The translations under genes and the position numbers were made by a program. From NCBI GenBank assembly GCA_951406725.2, contig OX597823.1, forward strand, positions 107,942,001 to 108,006,000: a stretch of 64,000 nt of DNA, in the 5' to 3' direction. The notes below the pieces were generated by a model. That model worked only from the letters and a program-made list of their open reading frames with translations. It did no database searches and had not been told where the DNA came from. Below are positions 25,344 to 39,014 of the stretch, piece by piece; the first letter of the stretch is position 1; each line of letters begins with the position of its first letter. Origin of the DNA: Octopus vulgaris (taxonomy: Eukaryota).

Positions 25344-26876
25344 TATATGTATTTGTGCGCATACAACGCAAGTGTAGATCTGAATAAGTCGATATTAAGG
25401 TTTTTAGTCAAAGACTATTGCGGCTGAGACAAAGTCTAAAATTAAATTCTCACAGTCAATATTCTAACCCTTTAACTTCCCCGCTCTGTTCTTTCATTTG
25501 GTCAATCTATTGCTTCCACTCTTTAGTATTCTCTCCGTTGTTTCTCCTCAATGGCTGGAGTTACGATGTCGGGGATGTATGAAGACGCACACACAGGCAC
25601 ATACATGCACAGATATATCTATTAAGCACATATAAGCTGATAATATGGCTTTGATCGGAAGTAAAAGCCTTGTCTTTTACTCTCATTCATTACAGAGATT
25701 TTGTGGCTTTCCCCATAACCAGATAAAGAAAGGACAACTGAGCATTTGGATGACAGGTTGAGTTGTTCTCAACCCGGGAGAAACCTTTCAACATTATTCC
25801 TCAACGATGTCACAGACGACGTTCTTTGAACATCTCAGACAATGTCCGGCTTGTGGCACTACGGTGTCTAATTGTCTATCACCAGCCGTCATAAACCCAA
25901 ACTTGTTGGAACGGGTTCTGTCAGTATATGGACTTTCTAATCAAAAGAATTCATATCTCCCCTAAGTCTATATAAAACCGTATCGTGTTTGTCGCTATTA
26001 CGACAGCTGTTGTGTGTGTATTGTGTGTGTGTGTGTGTGTACATATATGTCTGTGAGTCTACGTGCCTGTGAGTCTATGTGTGTGTATGTGTCTGTCTGT
26101 TTGTCTGTCTCTTTCTCTCTCTCTCTCTATATATATATATATACACACGCACACACACACACACACACACACATGCATACATATATTTTATCATTTCAAT
26201 ATTTCCCACAATCATATTTTTCTTTTAATATTTCCATTAATATATTTTTTTCAAAGAAATCAATATTAAAATGTAAGAAATCAATACTTTTATTATTATT
26301 TCCTTTCCTATTCTCTTTAGGAAAACATTTATTTTTATAACAACACATTTATGATATTTTTTTCTTTTCAATTCCTCGATTTTGTTTTTCTAGTTTTCAA
26401 TCTCTTTGCATGATTTTGGCAATTTTAATTCTAAAAGTCTTGCGATATTGATCTCAATAAAAAAAATATATTTCCTTCCTTCCCACCTATTCCCCTGCTC
26501 TCTCTCTCTCTCTCCCTCTCTCTCATATTTACTCCTCTCTATTCCCCGTCTATTTGTCTTAGTCTCTCCCTCTCTCTCGTTTATTGCTCCTTTTTTTCTT
26601 TCTTCTTTTCTGTCTGTCGTTCTGATATCATTTCCAGTTCATTCATTTCCATCTTCCAGTCATTCCCCTCACACTCCATCCCACTTTTATTCAATCTTTT
26701 TCTCATATCTTGTTTCCTGAGATCTGACTGCTCCCTCATCTGCCTCCTTCGTTAGCCTGACTCTCTCCGTGAGCCATTTCCTGGAGCCTCTGAGTCGTCG
26801 CATGGCTCAGAACTATTTCTAAGCCAAATGTCCCTCAAATCATTGCTTACCGTCTAAAATAGAAAGAAAGGGATAT

Positions 26877-27270
26877 CTCTTTTACTCTTTTACTTGTTTC
26901 AGTCATATGACTGTGGCCATGCTGGAGCACTGCTTTTAGTCGAGCAAATCGACGCCAGGAGTTATTCTTTGTAAACCTAGTACTTATTCTATCGGGCTCT
27001 TTTGCCGAACCGCTAATGACGGGGACGTAAACACACCAGCATCGGTTGTCAAGCGATGTTGGGAGGACAAACACAGACACACAAACACACACACACATAT
27101 ATATATATACATATATACGACGGGCTTCTTTTCAGTTTCCGTCTACGAAATCCACTCACAAGGCTTTGGTCGACCCGATGCTATAGTAGAAGACACTTGC
27201 CCAAGGTGCCACGCATTGGGATTGAACCCAGAACCATGTGGTTGGTAAGCAAGCTACTTACCACACAGCC
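26877..27270 (-). mobile_element. SINE family A
   Basis: Reverse complement of the 2231-2640 family. Confidence 0.92.
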
Positions 27271-27427
27271 AGAAATAAGATAATTTTAGATATCCCTAAA
27301 AAGACGAGGCTATCACGGCTGAAATATTTCTAACCATAGGATTGACTGGAAGCTAAACAACAATTACAAAAAAAGGAAAAACAACAACAACAACTTCTTT
27401 CACTATACTCTTACAACGCCTTATATA

Positions 27428-27653
27428 TTTCTTTACTACCCACAAGGGGCTAAACACAGAGAGGACAAACAAGGACAGACAAACGGATTAAGTCGATTAT
27501 ATCGACCCCAGTATGTAACTGGTACTTATTTAATCGACCCCGAAAGGATGAAAGGCAAAGTCGACCTCGGCGGAATTTGAACTCAGAACGTAGCGGCAGA
27601 CGAAATACGGTTACGCATTTCGGCCGGCGTGCTAACGTTTCTGCCAGCTCGCC
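27428..27653 (-). mobile_element. SINE family B
   Basis: Full-length; CGCCTTATA at both ends is a possible TSD. Confidence 0.92.
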
Positions 27654-29147
27654 TTATAACTGCACATCAATACACCCCACTCACTCTCTTTGTAGCCTTC
27701 ATAATAGAATTATTTGTCTTCATCTCTTACAACTTGTCTATCGTATTACTTCTCATGAAACTTTTCCTTCCTCTGTATCTAAGACTATCTGTGGACATAT
27801 CATTCTGTACATACAGTTACATAGTTGAACCGTCAGTGACTTCACTGTTTGACAGCCTATAAGGCTATAGTCGAACTGTTCGGAGGCCTATGGCTGCTAA
27901 ACAAAACTTTACCTTTAGTTGGGTCTAACTGATTACTTTTAATCATGTTTGATGACGCTTGATTGATCTTTAATCAAAGTATTTTTAAAGCTATCGTTAA
28001 GAAGTATACTACTCATATTTAAAGAATAATAACACCTCTATGGATACTCCATTTTAACATTTGTCTATCTATAGACGTATTGTTATTCTGTGTTTACAGT
28101 TCTTTGGTTTATATAGCCTGTAACTTCGTTAATAGGTAGCTTATAGAACCATTGTCGAATGACTTTAGCTCTGTTGATATATTCTCTATACATTTATGAT
28201 GAGCTGTCAATGTATCGATTATTTAATCCCCCTTCAGCCTATTACAGTAAGTATCTACGCGCCTTTTATTTAATAGTGAAAATATCACAATGTTCAAATT
28301 CATTTAGTCTGATTCTGAGAATCAATACAGATTCTTTAGTTCACTAATTGTAAAACATTGTTAAATGCCTACATGCACAACTCTACCCAATCTACGAACC
28401 TATTGTTTATAAGTATTGAGTTGTTCCATGCATTTAAATCAGATATTCCAAGTACCATTAGATTCGCCATGTTTGCCTTTTCCTTTATTTCGTAATAAGC
28501 GTTTTCTTTAATGGTTACAGGTTATAATCAACTTAGTTCTAAATAAATCGTAATACTCCTTTAAGCCCATACAAAGTCACTATAGCTTTAAGCCTACACT
28601 AAATCGCTATAGCTTTATTTTAAGAATGCATTAGTCTTTTTGATGAACACACTATTCCCATACCATAGTTTAGTATCACCGTTTAATAGACATAACTCTA
28701 TTCTATACATGATAGAACGGAGCAAGACCATGACTCAGCCTTTGTGACGGTTTTTATAACCTTTTCTCTCGATTTGAGTTGTTAGTCGAACAAATGAAAG
28801 CTCTTAGGAGGGACGTGGACATCACCCAAATCCGTTTCTTTCTTCTTAAAAACGTGAACGCATGGCAAAATGGTAAATAAATAAAGATCTGAAAGAAATA
28901 ACGGTGCTTTAGAATTGTTGCTAGTAGAAGTGGGGATCAAGATTTGACTATAATAAGGATTGATGCAATAATATTAAAAAATCTGGGTTTGATTATTACC
29001 ATTTTCTTCAACATTATAAATAATCAACTATGATGATTAAGAACAAATATTAGGGGTTAAGTAATATTTTCTCTTGTCATAGCCAAGGGTAAAAACTCCT
29101 AATATTTCCGTTTTGTCAGACTTTGTCAAAGGAAGAATGGTCTAAAC

Positions 29148-29407
29148 CAACGGTTCCCCAAATTATTTGCACTACTCACCTGTTTTATGCCTAATAATTT
29201 TCCCATGAACCGGGGGATCATGCGTATAACAAAACACATTAAAGTGACATACCATATAATCTAATTATTACATAAATAATAAATGTAAATGTATAATGTA
29301 AAAATAACCTGCACTCTGCGATAGAAAATCAAACATATGAAATCTTAAAAATTATTCTTTCCGTGCGTCCAGGTGCTGGTCCGCGGCCCGATGGTTAGGG
29401 GCCCTTG
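29148..29407. mobile_element. Old hAT (Charlie-like) MITE
   Basis: Ends CAACGGTTCCCCAA / TTAGGGGCCCTTG; subterminal GGTCCGCGGCCCG; degenerate 8-bp TSD GTCTAAAC/GTGCATAC. Confidence 0.55.
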
Positions 29408-30789
29408 GTGCATACAGTTGCTTGTTGGCACTGTAGTAACTAGTTTATTAAGCGGAAATCTTTTTAAGCGAGCTATGATGGAGGCTATACTTCCTGTGAT
29501 GTAGCCTGATACAGCACAGACGTTCGGAGTTGTTTCGCTTTCTTCTTCAGCTAATTTCGCTATATTTAATCTTGCGGTAGATTTTGATTATTTCTACTTC
29601 TGAAAATAAATCAAAATCCTGCTTTTTATGACTCAAATATTTAACAAAAGCCCTGTGTCCTTAAAACTGCCATGCATGTCATAAAACTCCTATAGAAATG
29701 AATCCTATCCAATAGATGTCAATCGCAATCTGAGACGTGTGTGTCACTCCTTATAGATTCAAGGATAAACATCAATCGAATGAATCTAAAATTTGGCATC
29801 TTCTACAACTCATTTCACTTGATTATTCTGAGATTTGTAAATGTTACGAGGATATCAGCAACACGCGTGAAAGGAAATACGTTCGACTGAGGATCAAATC
29901 TAGGTTACAAGCACAGCCCACTAAGCGTATATATTTATATTCAAGGCAACATGTTATACGATCTGTTTCAATAAATTCCTTATAGATTTTGAAATGGATA
30001 TCATATGAATCAATCACCTCAATATTAGAACAACAATGCCATAGAAAATATGGGATGTCAACCAACTTAGACCACTGAGCAAGATAGACTTTGAGGGGAC
30101 AATGCAATGTAACAGGTCAGCTTGAGAACACTTGTTCAATATTGACTGATCGGACTGAGCACGGACAACTGTTCTCATAAATGATACAGCATCCAAACGT
30201 AAATATAAGGTTAAATGCTGCCTTAATTACGAGACACTAAATCCTTTATTTGTTGTAGTTGTTTTAATTGTTTAGTTCTAGGTAACTCGTATCGAAGAGA
30301 TCTACGACAAAAGCTGTTCCAAACGTGATTATCTTCAGGTATATCATTCATTTTCAGGAATATCATTTCTGGGATTTATGAAATATGCTCTCCAACTTCT
30401 TTTTTATACGGTAGGTATGATTCGAAAGAAGTTCGCTGACTATTTTGGAAGAAACGAATGGTCAACTCGCTAATTTGTCGCTGGCTCAGGCTTTGTTGTT
30501 TGTCGTTTATCCCACAAATATTTCTCTCATCAGTTCACTGAAGATAAAGTAAGAATGCCTGTCCACCATAGACACCATCATGTCTTGGAGATCGGAAACG
30601 TCACAGAATATAGTGTGTAGGAGTGGTAGTGATATGGGGGGACCGTAGTGGTGTTGGTGGTGGTGCAAGATCTCACTTGAATTGGGTTCAATCAACAATC
30701 TGCATCTTCAACTCCCCACATCCGCCTCCTTTAAAACCCCACAACACCAATATACCAGAGGCACTCACACTTACCTATCCGCCACAAAT

Positions 30790-30841
30790 GTGTATGTATG
30801 TTTGTATATATGCATGTATGTATATACGTATGTATGTATGC

Positions 30842-30873
<32 letters not shown>

Positions 30874-30884
30874 ATACGTATATA

Positions 30885-30915
<31 letters not shown>

Positions 30916-30916
30916 G

Positions 30917-30947
<31 letters not shown>

Positions 30948-30964
30948 GTATATATATACGTATA

Positions 30965-30999
<35 letters not shown>

Positions 31000-31000
31000 G

Positions 31001-31031
<31 letters not shown>

Positions 31032-31150
31032 GTGTATATGTATATATGTATGTATATATGTATATATATATGCATATATATATGTATATATATATGTATA
31101 TATATATATATATAAATATGTATGTATGTATGAATTTATGTATGTGTGTA
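30790..31150. repeat. (TATG)/(TA)n microsatellite
   Basis: Directly visible. Confidence 0.95.
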
Positions 31151-32324
31151 CGTGTGTGTGCGCGCGTAAACTTGTTCTCATTGAATTACACCCAATGAAC
31201 AAATGACTATCAAATGTTTATCTTTACATATCAAAGCTATTCTTTACCACAAAGACCTAAAGACTCAATTTTTGAAATTCTGCTAAATCATTCCCTTGTC
31301 AGTCTTTTATTGCCTTTTTTCTCTCTTCTCAGTCGCTTTCTTTGTCTTTATAGTTGTTAACGGCGTCACTGTTGTTGTTGTTATATTTTTACTTCATCTT
31401 ATCGTACAATCTTTTGTTGTCTTTGAAAATGTTTACCACGAATTTTATTTCACTTCAACCATTTCCTTTTCTTCCATTTCACCACAAAAGGAAATATGAA
31501 ACGAAAGAAACGTTAAAGAGAAAAATTAATAACAATGATGATGATGATGATGATGATGGTACTGCTGCTGCTGCTGATGAAAATAATGATAATAATAATA
31601 ATAATAATAATGATAATAATAATAATAGGCAAATAATAAATGGCAAAGAAATATGAAATATTAACATGAGTGGAAGAAAACTTAATATTTATAATAATGA
31701 TTTCTTTTGATAATAATAATAATAATAATAATAATTTTAATGATGATGGACTATGACACATTTTATGATACATGTATATATGTATATGTGTGTGCGTGTG
31801 CGTATATATATGTATATATGTATATATATATGCATGCATATATGTATAAATACGCATACCCATACGCAATTTTGTTTTATACTTTTCGTTTTGCAATTTT
31901 AATGTGAACATCGTTTGATATACCCACATACATACATAAATACACACACACACACGCGCGCGCGTGCACAGACAAAAATATTATCAAAAGACGAGAGAAT
32001 ATTCATTATCCCGAAATTGGCACAATATAATGATAATTCTGTTCGACTGACCTAAAGAATCTAGTACGACTGCTTGGTGTGGTCTGGCCAGCTTTTGCAG
32101 TATGTAAAGTAGGGCAGTGGACCAAGTGTCTTGGGTTACCTGAACTGTGGTAATCAACAGGAGAATTAGGGACAGGGTTTACAATGACGAAAGGGGTAAA
32201 TATGGGGAAGGAATGTGGATTAAGAAATTCAACAGACTTCAAATGACATCAGGCGTTTGGTTTGTCTCCCTTAATAATAAAGGGGTTCTTGAATCCCCCT
32301 GTATTTATGCATAAATACACGCGC

Positions 32325-32349
32325 GCACACACACACACGTTTATATATA

Positions 32350-32417
<68 letters not shown>

Positions 32418-32592
32418 TACATACCTAGATTCATACAAACATACATACACACACATGTATACACATACAAACATACATACATACATGCACGCACACACAC
32501 ACATATATATATATACACAAACGTATATACGTACAAACATTCACACATACATGCGAACATACATACAGGCATACATACATACACACACACTT

Positions 32593-32627
<35 letters not shown>

Positions 32628-32822
32628 CATACATACATACAAACACACACAAACATACATGCAAACATACCTACATACATACACATGCACACATACATAC
32701 ATACATACATACATACATACATACATACATACATACATACATACATACATACATACATACATACATACATACATACATACATACATACATACACATACAT
32801 ACATACATACATACATAAATAC
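32325..32822. repeat. (TA)/(CA)/(TACA)n microsatellite
   Basis: Directly visible; continues after the U6 insertion to about 33030. Confidence 0.95.
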
Positions 32823-32931
32823 GTACTAGCTACGGCGGTACATATTCTAAAATTGGGACGATACAGAGAAGATTAGCATAGCCCCTGCGCAAGGATGACA
32901 CGCAAATTCGTGAAGCGTTCCATATTTTTTT
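32823..32931 (+). pseudogene. U6: Full-length U6 snRNA retrocopy
   Basis: GTACTAGCTACGGCGGTACATATTCTAAAATTGGGACGATACAGAGAAGATTAGCATAGCCCCTGCGCAAGGATGACACGCAAATTCGTGAAGCGTTCCATATTTTTTT: ACAGAGA box, AGC triad and ISL present; several substitutions; only microsatellite upstream, so no PSE/TATA promoter. Confidence 0.95.
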
Positions 32932-32985
32932 AACGGCGGTGCATCAGCATGGCCGCAACTCTGAGCTGAAACTAGAAAAAAAAAA
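32932..32985 (+). mobile_element. LINE 3' terminal tail plus A10 fused to U6
   Basis: AACGGCGGTGCATCAGCATGGCCGCAACTCTGAGCTGAAACTAG matches 958-1003 and 2851-2893. Confidence 0.9.
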
Positions 32986-32993
32986 TACATACA

Positions 32994-33025
<32 letters not shown>

Positions 33026-33564
33026 CATATACTATGTAGTAGTCTAACACTAACGGAGACTGCAATTGTTGGAAAAAGTACGTAATAGCATTAATTAGAG
33101 CGGAATGAATTTCATTCTTCAAACTCGGTTAAAATCGAATCACAACCCGGGGCAGGCCAGGTACGACAGCTCTGAGTGTCTGCTCACGGAAACTTCAACT
33201 TTGAATTAATCATATAATTATATCTGGTTGCAATCAAGGTGGCAATAATTGTTATACTGCTAACGCTTTATTGAAGTAGAAACACTGACTATAATTGTCT
33301 TCTTGTCCCCAGAAAAAAAAGGTTGCCCCTTTCTTAACGACATGTTTATTCCGAATAATAGATGTTACCTTGACTCTCGTTCCAAGTCAGTGGAATCTCC
33401 CTGTGGGTCACCTTATCTTCTTCCCAAGAGAATATAACCTCAAAAATTTACCTGGAATGGGATTTGTTTACCTTTCTTTGTCATTTATTTTTTATTCGGC
33501 GTTGTCTCTTCTTCTTCTTCTTCTTCTTCTTCTTCTTCTTCTTCTTCTTCTTCTTCTTCTTCTT

Positions 33565-36170
33565 CGTCGTCGTTATGTAACGCCCCTGTTCCATGTTGAT
33601 ATGGATGAGTTGGTTTTAGAGAATCCTACGTGCCAGACGGCTGTTTCGAGCGCCAATATTGGCTTCGGCATGGATTCTACAAGCGTATTCCAACTTCTTT
33701 ATAGAGAGAGTGTACTGAGTTGGTTTTTTTCCGTGGCACCAGCACTAGTGAGGTTACCAAGTACCTCGTAAGATAAGACCCGTGTCTTGTCGTACGGATT
33801 ACTTTGGGTGCAGCGTTGAGGCTGGTGGTTGTGTGCCGGATGTTGAGAGATTAAAGTATGATAGAGGAACATGGACAGCTGTCTGACTGGAAAGAGAGAG
33901 AATGAGAGAGAGAGAGAGAGAGGGGGGGAATGGATAATGGACATGAGGTACCTGGGCGTACACTCAAAGTACAAGAAGATGGATATGAAAGCTAATAGAG
34001 ACGAAGATACGAGGGTGAGTGGATGTGCAGGTTTGTTATAGTGTGAAGGAATACTAACAGATAGAGATGAAAATAGAAATGAATGCAGCATAAGGTGATC
34101 ACAAATAGAGGCGTGGTCAATGGTGAATTTCAGTTTGACTGAAGTGGGTCAGTAAGGAGGAGGAGGCAAGTGGTGGTGCATATAGCAGGAGGAGGAGGAG
34201 GTAAGTGGCGGAGGAGATCAACAGAACAAGACCGTAGATAGATGCGAAATAGGGAGATGATGTAAAGTCGAAGAGAGAGAGAGATGCATGGTGATAGAGA
34301 CGGAAGTCAGGGGTATTTAGGAGTGGATATTGAGTTACAAACGAACTTGGGGGACTTGAGTAGAAGTAAGTGTTATGGTCCGATATTGAAAATGCGGCGG
34401 AATGTGTAGCTGGACAGTGGTTGCAAGGGCTGCAAAACTAGTAGCACAAAAGTGTCGGGGTGAAATCTGTGCAGTTATGCTTTCGTAGAATTACATCAGC
34501 TGGGAAAATAGTGCTGATGTTAGAAGAGTGACTGAGGGATGGACTTTATTAGGATGAGTTTCAGTGCTGGATTAATAGCTACAAAATTGGTTGCAGAGGT
34601 AAAGACATAAACGATATAATATTGACGCGCCATTTTCGCTAAAGTAGCCAGGTCGCCTGGAAGACAGTGAATCACTAGTCAGCTCGGAGCCTTCGTTATT
34701 TCCTCCGTGAAGTTATTCAACCTGGGGTCGGTCTTCTCTGCTTCATCCAATGTCTTTCTGGATTTTCCCTTTTACACAGGTTCCTTCCACATTTAGTGAT
34801 CAGCACTTCTTTATACTGCTATTTTCTTCTGTACACATCACATGACTATACCAGCGCAGTCTTCAGTGTTGGACATTACATTTAATGATTCTTATACCCG
34901 ATTTTACTCTCAACACATTCGCACTTTGTCTGTGTACACTGACGTTGCACATCAAGCAGAGAATGCCCGCTTCATTTCTTTCTAGTCTTCGGATGTCCTC
35001 TTCCTTCACAACGTTTCTTGCCGTGTAGCATAGCTGTTCGTACACAAGCTTTTCAGTCCGAGAGAAAGAAAATCCTTTTGTTAATAACAGAAATAATAAC
35101 TCTCTGAACTTTCCAAAGCCGGTTCGTATTGTAGCGAATATATTTCAGTACCTTCAGAATATCCTCCCGCACTACTAATTACAGCGTTTAAGTAACAAAA
35201 ACTATGTACTACCTATTTCTTTACTACCCACAAGGGGCTAAACACAGAGGGGACAAACAAGGACAGACATAGGTATTAAGTCGATTACATCGACCCCAGT
35301 GCGTAACTGGTACTTAATTTATCGACCCCGAAAGGATGAAAGGCAAAGTCGACCTCGGCGGAATTTGAACTCACAACGTAACGGCAGCCGAAATACCGTT
35401 AAGTATTTCGCTCAGCGTGCTAACGTTTCTGCCAACTCGCCGCCCTATGTACTACCTCTGATGTTGCTCCTGAGCTTTCGAGAAAATCTATTCCCCATGT
35501 ATTATTATTTGTTGCTCTTGTGCATCTGCCACAAAGTGTTCTTTCTCTGTTAACCTTTCTGTGATATTACTGTCCTGTGTCCATGGCTTGTACTGGGTTC
35601 ACTGTTTGAAATTTGCATCTACAACTTTTCTATACATCGATCAAGCCATTTTCCTGAAGGGATTAAGGTACGGTCTGTTTTCTTGCTTGCTACAACTTTG
35701 GTCTTCGGTAAGTTAGCCTTGATTCTAGGTTTTGCTTCTAATCTGGAATTTCTTTTCTAATTCTACAACGGATTCAGATATACGAGCAAAGTCATAATCG
35801 CGAAGGATTTCTCATTCCCAATCAGTGTTAAACTCCTTTGCTATGGCCTGCAGAACGATGATGAATAGGAGAGGATTGCGAACTGATCCTCTGTGAACTT
35901 CTGCTTGTACAGTGAATTTGTTGCAGAACTCATTGCTATCTCACGCCTTATAGAGAGCAGCTATGAACAGTTCTCGCTAGTCATTCGTCTACCTTTGCAT
36001 TCCTTTGCAGTGTCCATCAGGTCAGGGAGTGAGGGTCCTTGTCGCAGGCTTTCTCCAGCTCCACGAATGCCAATTATAGCTGTTTACTTTTGGAGAAATA
36101 TTTCTGCAGTTACCTTACTACAAACAGAACTTCAACTGTGCTTCTCCTTGGCAAAAAGCCAAACTACGTT
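33565..36170 (-). mobile_element. Decayed RTE-clade LINE (RT region plus long 3'UTR), interrupted by a SINE
   Basis: - strand remnants FGFLPRRST..LAFVELEKA and RRLERNEAGILCLMCNVS; ends GGCGTTACATAACGACG then (GAA)n. Confidence 0.7.
35215..35444 (-). mobile_element. SINE family B with 13-bp TSD
   Basis: CTATGTACTACCT at 35202-35214 and 35445-35457. Confidence 0.95.
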
Positions 36171-36522
36171 TCATCTAGTTTAACGTCCACCCAATCTAAA
36201 TGAAGTGTATATCGTTCTATGTGTGTGTCTGTATACGTGTGTATATACATATATGCTTGTATGTTAATATATGTGTGTGTGTATGTGCATGTATTTATAT
36301 ATATATAGAAGTGTATATCTATATGCATATATATGTGCATGTATATATATATATATATATCATATATATATATCATATATATATATATATATATATATGT
36401 GTATGTGTATATGTATATATATATATATGTATATGTACATATTTATACATAGACACATTTATTTACAATATTTCCATTTTATCATATTTTCTCACGTATT
36501 TTGCATTTTATATTATTCTGTC

Positions 36523-36558
<36 letters not shown>

Positions 36559-36591
36559 CCTACTTACACACGCACGCACACACACACACAC

Positions 36592-36641
<50 letters not shown>

Positions 36642-36953
36642 GCATAGACATAATGTGGTGGATGGCATGACTACAAATATCGATGATGATGATGATGATG
36701 ATGTCGACAACTGCCAAAATAGAAAAGAAAAACAAACTGATAATAACATTAGCGAGATTGGAGTTTCATAATAAGTATCGGGGGATCTAATAAAGAAACG
36801 TGTTAGGTTGTATTGTTGGTATATATAATAGTCGTGACTTGGTGAGGAATGGCCTAGCAATAGCAGCAGCAACAACAGCAACAATAACGGTAACGACTAT
36901 ATACGAAGCTCACGTACTCGTTGCATACGCACTCACACCCATACAAACACAAA

Positions 36954-37036
<83 letters not shown>

Positions 37037-37330
37037 TTATGAATGTATGTACAGACATATTTTTCGAGACATGTTCATTGTGAAATGTACTACAACACGA
37101 ATATTCTCCTAGAACAATTATAGAATAATTAATTGTATATTTTTATAGACAATTACTTGAAATCTTTTATATAATGATCATTACTATTTACGTATAAAAG
37201 AAACGCTATGTAATTCATTATTAATTAATTAACGCCCGCCTTCACCGCATGCACTTTTATGAATATTAAAGATACAGTGAAGCATTATCCGAAGTTTTTT
37301 TTACACTATAAATAGTAATGTATTACTCAC

Positions 37331-37376
37331 CTTTCTGTGGACAGGATATGGCATTCTTTCTCTTACGATGCTCTAA
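37331..37376 (-). CDS. Candidate internal exon (LEHRKRKNAISCPQK, or SIVRERMPYPVHRK from the 37372 acceptor)
   Basis: Consensus donor AAG|GTGAGT; several tandem AG acceptors; acceptor choice uncertain. Confidence 0.35.
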
Positions 37377-38032
37377 CTAGACTAGAAACTAGTCAGATCA
37401 GGTTTACAGTATGTGTCCACCGAGAGGTAAACCTCGGCAATGTAACCACTCTGTTACTATTTATTGCGAGGTTACATGGTATGTTTATTTAAAAAGTATA
37501 TCTTACATTTTAAATTAACTTAATGATGCTGTGTAGTGCGCATTGTCTTTAATCCATATTTCAGTGGATGTTATGGATATTAGACAGATAAATCTTTCTC
37601 TCCTTCTAGCTCTCTTTCTTTCTATATATACGTACATACATAAACCATATACATATATATATATATGTATGTATGTATGTATCCTTTCGAAATTTCTCCT
37701 AGGCGTTACCCATTACACTGCATCTTGGCCCCACGGCCCTTAATGTTTGTCTTCATCGATTCTTTACTCTGTACATCCACTGTCGTTGCTTGTTCTTTCG
37801 AAGCTCGAACTCTCCACAAATTTTTAATTTTTTAAATTTCTAGATGCTGCTGTTTTATGAAAGTGTCCCATCTTGTCGTTGAAAGCACGAAATAGGGGAG
37901 TAATTTACAGTCGACAACTGAGGAGGTGTTAGACTTCTTTTGGTATTTTGTCCCGTACTTGTCTCTCATTATGTGTTTACGTATTTTTCACTCGTTGGTG
38001 ATGTCCTGTACTTGATGTATTTTATATTTATA

Positions 38033-38087
<55 letters not shown>

Positions 38088-38090
<3 letters not shown>

Positions 38091-38287
38091 GGTCCCGGGT
38101 TGATTCGGGGTTAACCACAGTAAGTAAGGTACTCAATACATAGCAGAGTAAAATTAATTTATTATATAGAAGGAGCTTCTACAGGGCTAGTACTGTTTCA
38201 TTCAAGAGAAATCTTCAGGAAGCTCCTGAAGATTTCTCTTGAATGAAACAGTACTAGTCCTGTAGAAGCTCCTTCTATATAATAAAT
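38088..38287. mobile_element. Penelope-like fold-back remnant: 64-bp arms with a 3-nt spacer, in (TA)n
   Basis: 38157-38220 is the reverse complement of 38224-38287 at 63/64 positions; each arm carries CTGAAGA-stem-GAAACAGTA. Confidence 0.75.
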
Positions 38288-38364
38288 ATATATATATATA
38301 TATATATATTGATAGATAGATAGATATGTATACATATATATGTATATATATGTATATATATATA

Positions 38365-38575
38365 TCACACCATGCTTGATCGCTAAATCCACAACTTTTT
38401 TATTCTCTGCTTTGTTGTTCCCTCTTTTGTGTATTTTCTTTTGTTCCTTTCTGTTGAAGAGCGTAGGCTCGAAACGTAAAAGACTTTCGCACTTTCCCGA
38501 GCGTCAAACTAATACAACTGTTTGTTATTTGTTATTCTTACGCCAGTCTTCGTCTTTTGTTTGTCTGTAAATTTC

Positions 38576-38580
<5 letters not shown>
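38365..38580 (+). mobile_element. Small hammerhead-bearing element in (TA)n
   Basis: Homologous to 39865-40050; contains the motif at 38447-38482. Confidence 0.7.
38447..38482 (+). ncRNA. Minimal hammerhead-like motif (A6U variant, palindromic stem III)
   Basis: CTTT-CTGTTGA-A-GAGC(GTAG)GCTC-GAAA-CGTA-AAAG. Confidence 0.6.
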
Positions 38581-38618
<38 letters not shown>

Positions 38619-38629
38619 TATATACATAC

Positions 38630-38935
38630 GTGATCCTCGTGACCGACCAGGCTATCAGATGTTGCTACACATCGCTGGTCACAATGCGCTTCGCATTGTT
38701 TTAGTCTTCAAATGACGCCACCCCGCTGGCTAAGCGAGCAGGCCAACAGAAGAAAGAGTGAGAGAAAGTTGTGGCGAAAGAGTATAGCAGGGATCGCCAC
38801 CATCCCCTGCCGGAGCCTCGTGGAGCTTTTAAGTGTTTTCACTCAATAAACACTCACAACGCCCGGTCTAGGAATCGAAACAGCGATGTTATGACTGCGA
38901 GTCCGCTGCCCTAACCACTGGGCCATTGCGCCTTC

Positions 38936-38937
<2 letters not shown>
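38630..38937 (-). mobile_element. SINE family C, tail type 2
   Basis: Same head and body as 17917-18289; unrelated tail at 38630-38745. Confidence 0.9.

Positions 38938-39014
<77 letters not shown>

Noticed and set aside
32823-32931. Functional U6 gene
   Set aside because: Upstream is pure microsatellite with no PSE/TATA, conserved positions are substituted, and a retro-tail is attached
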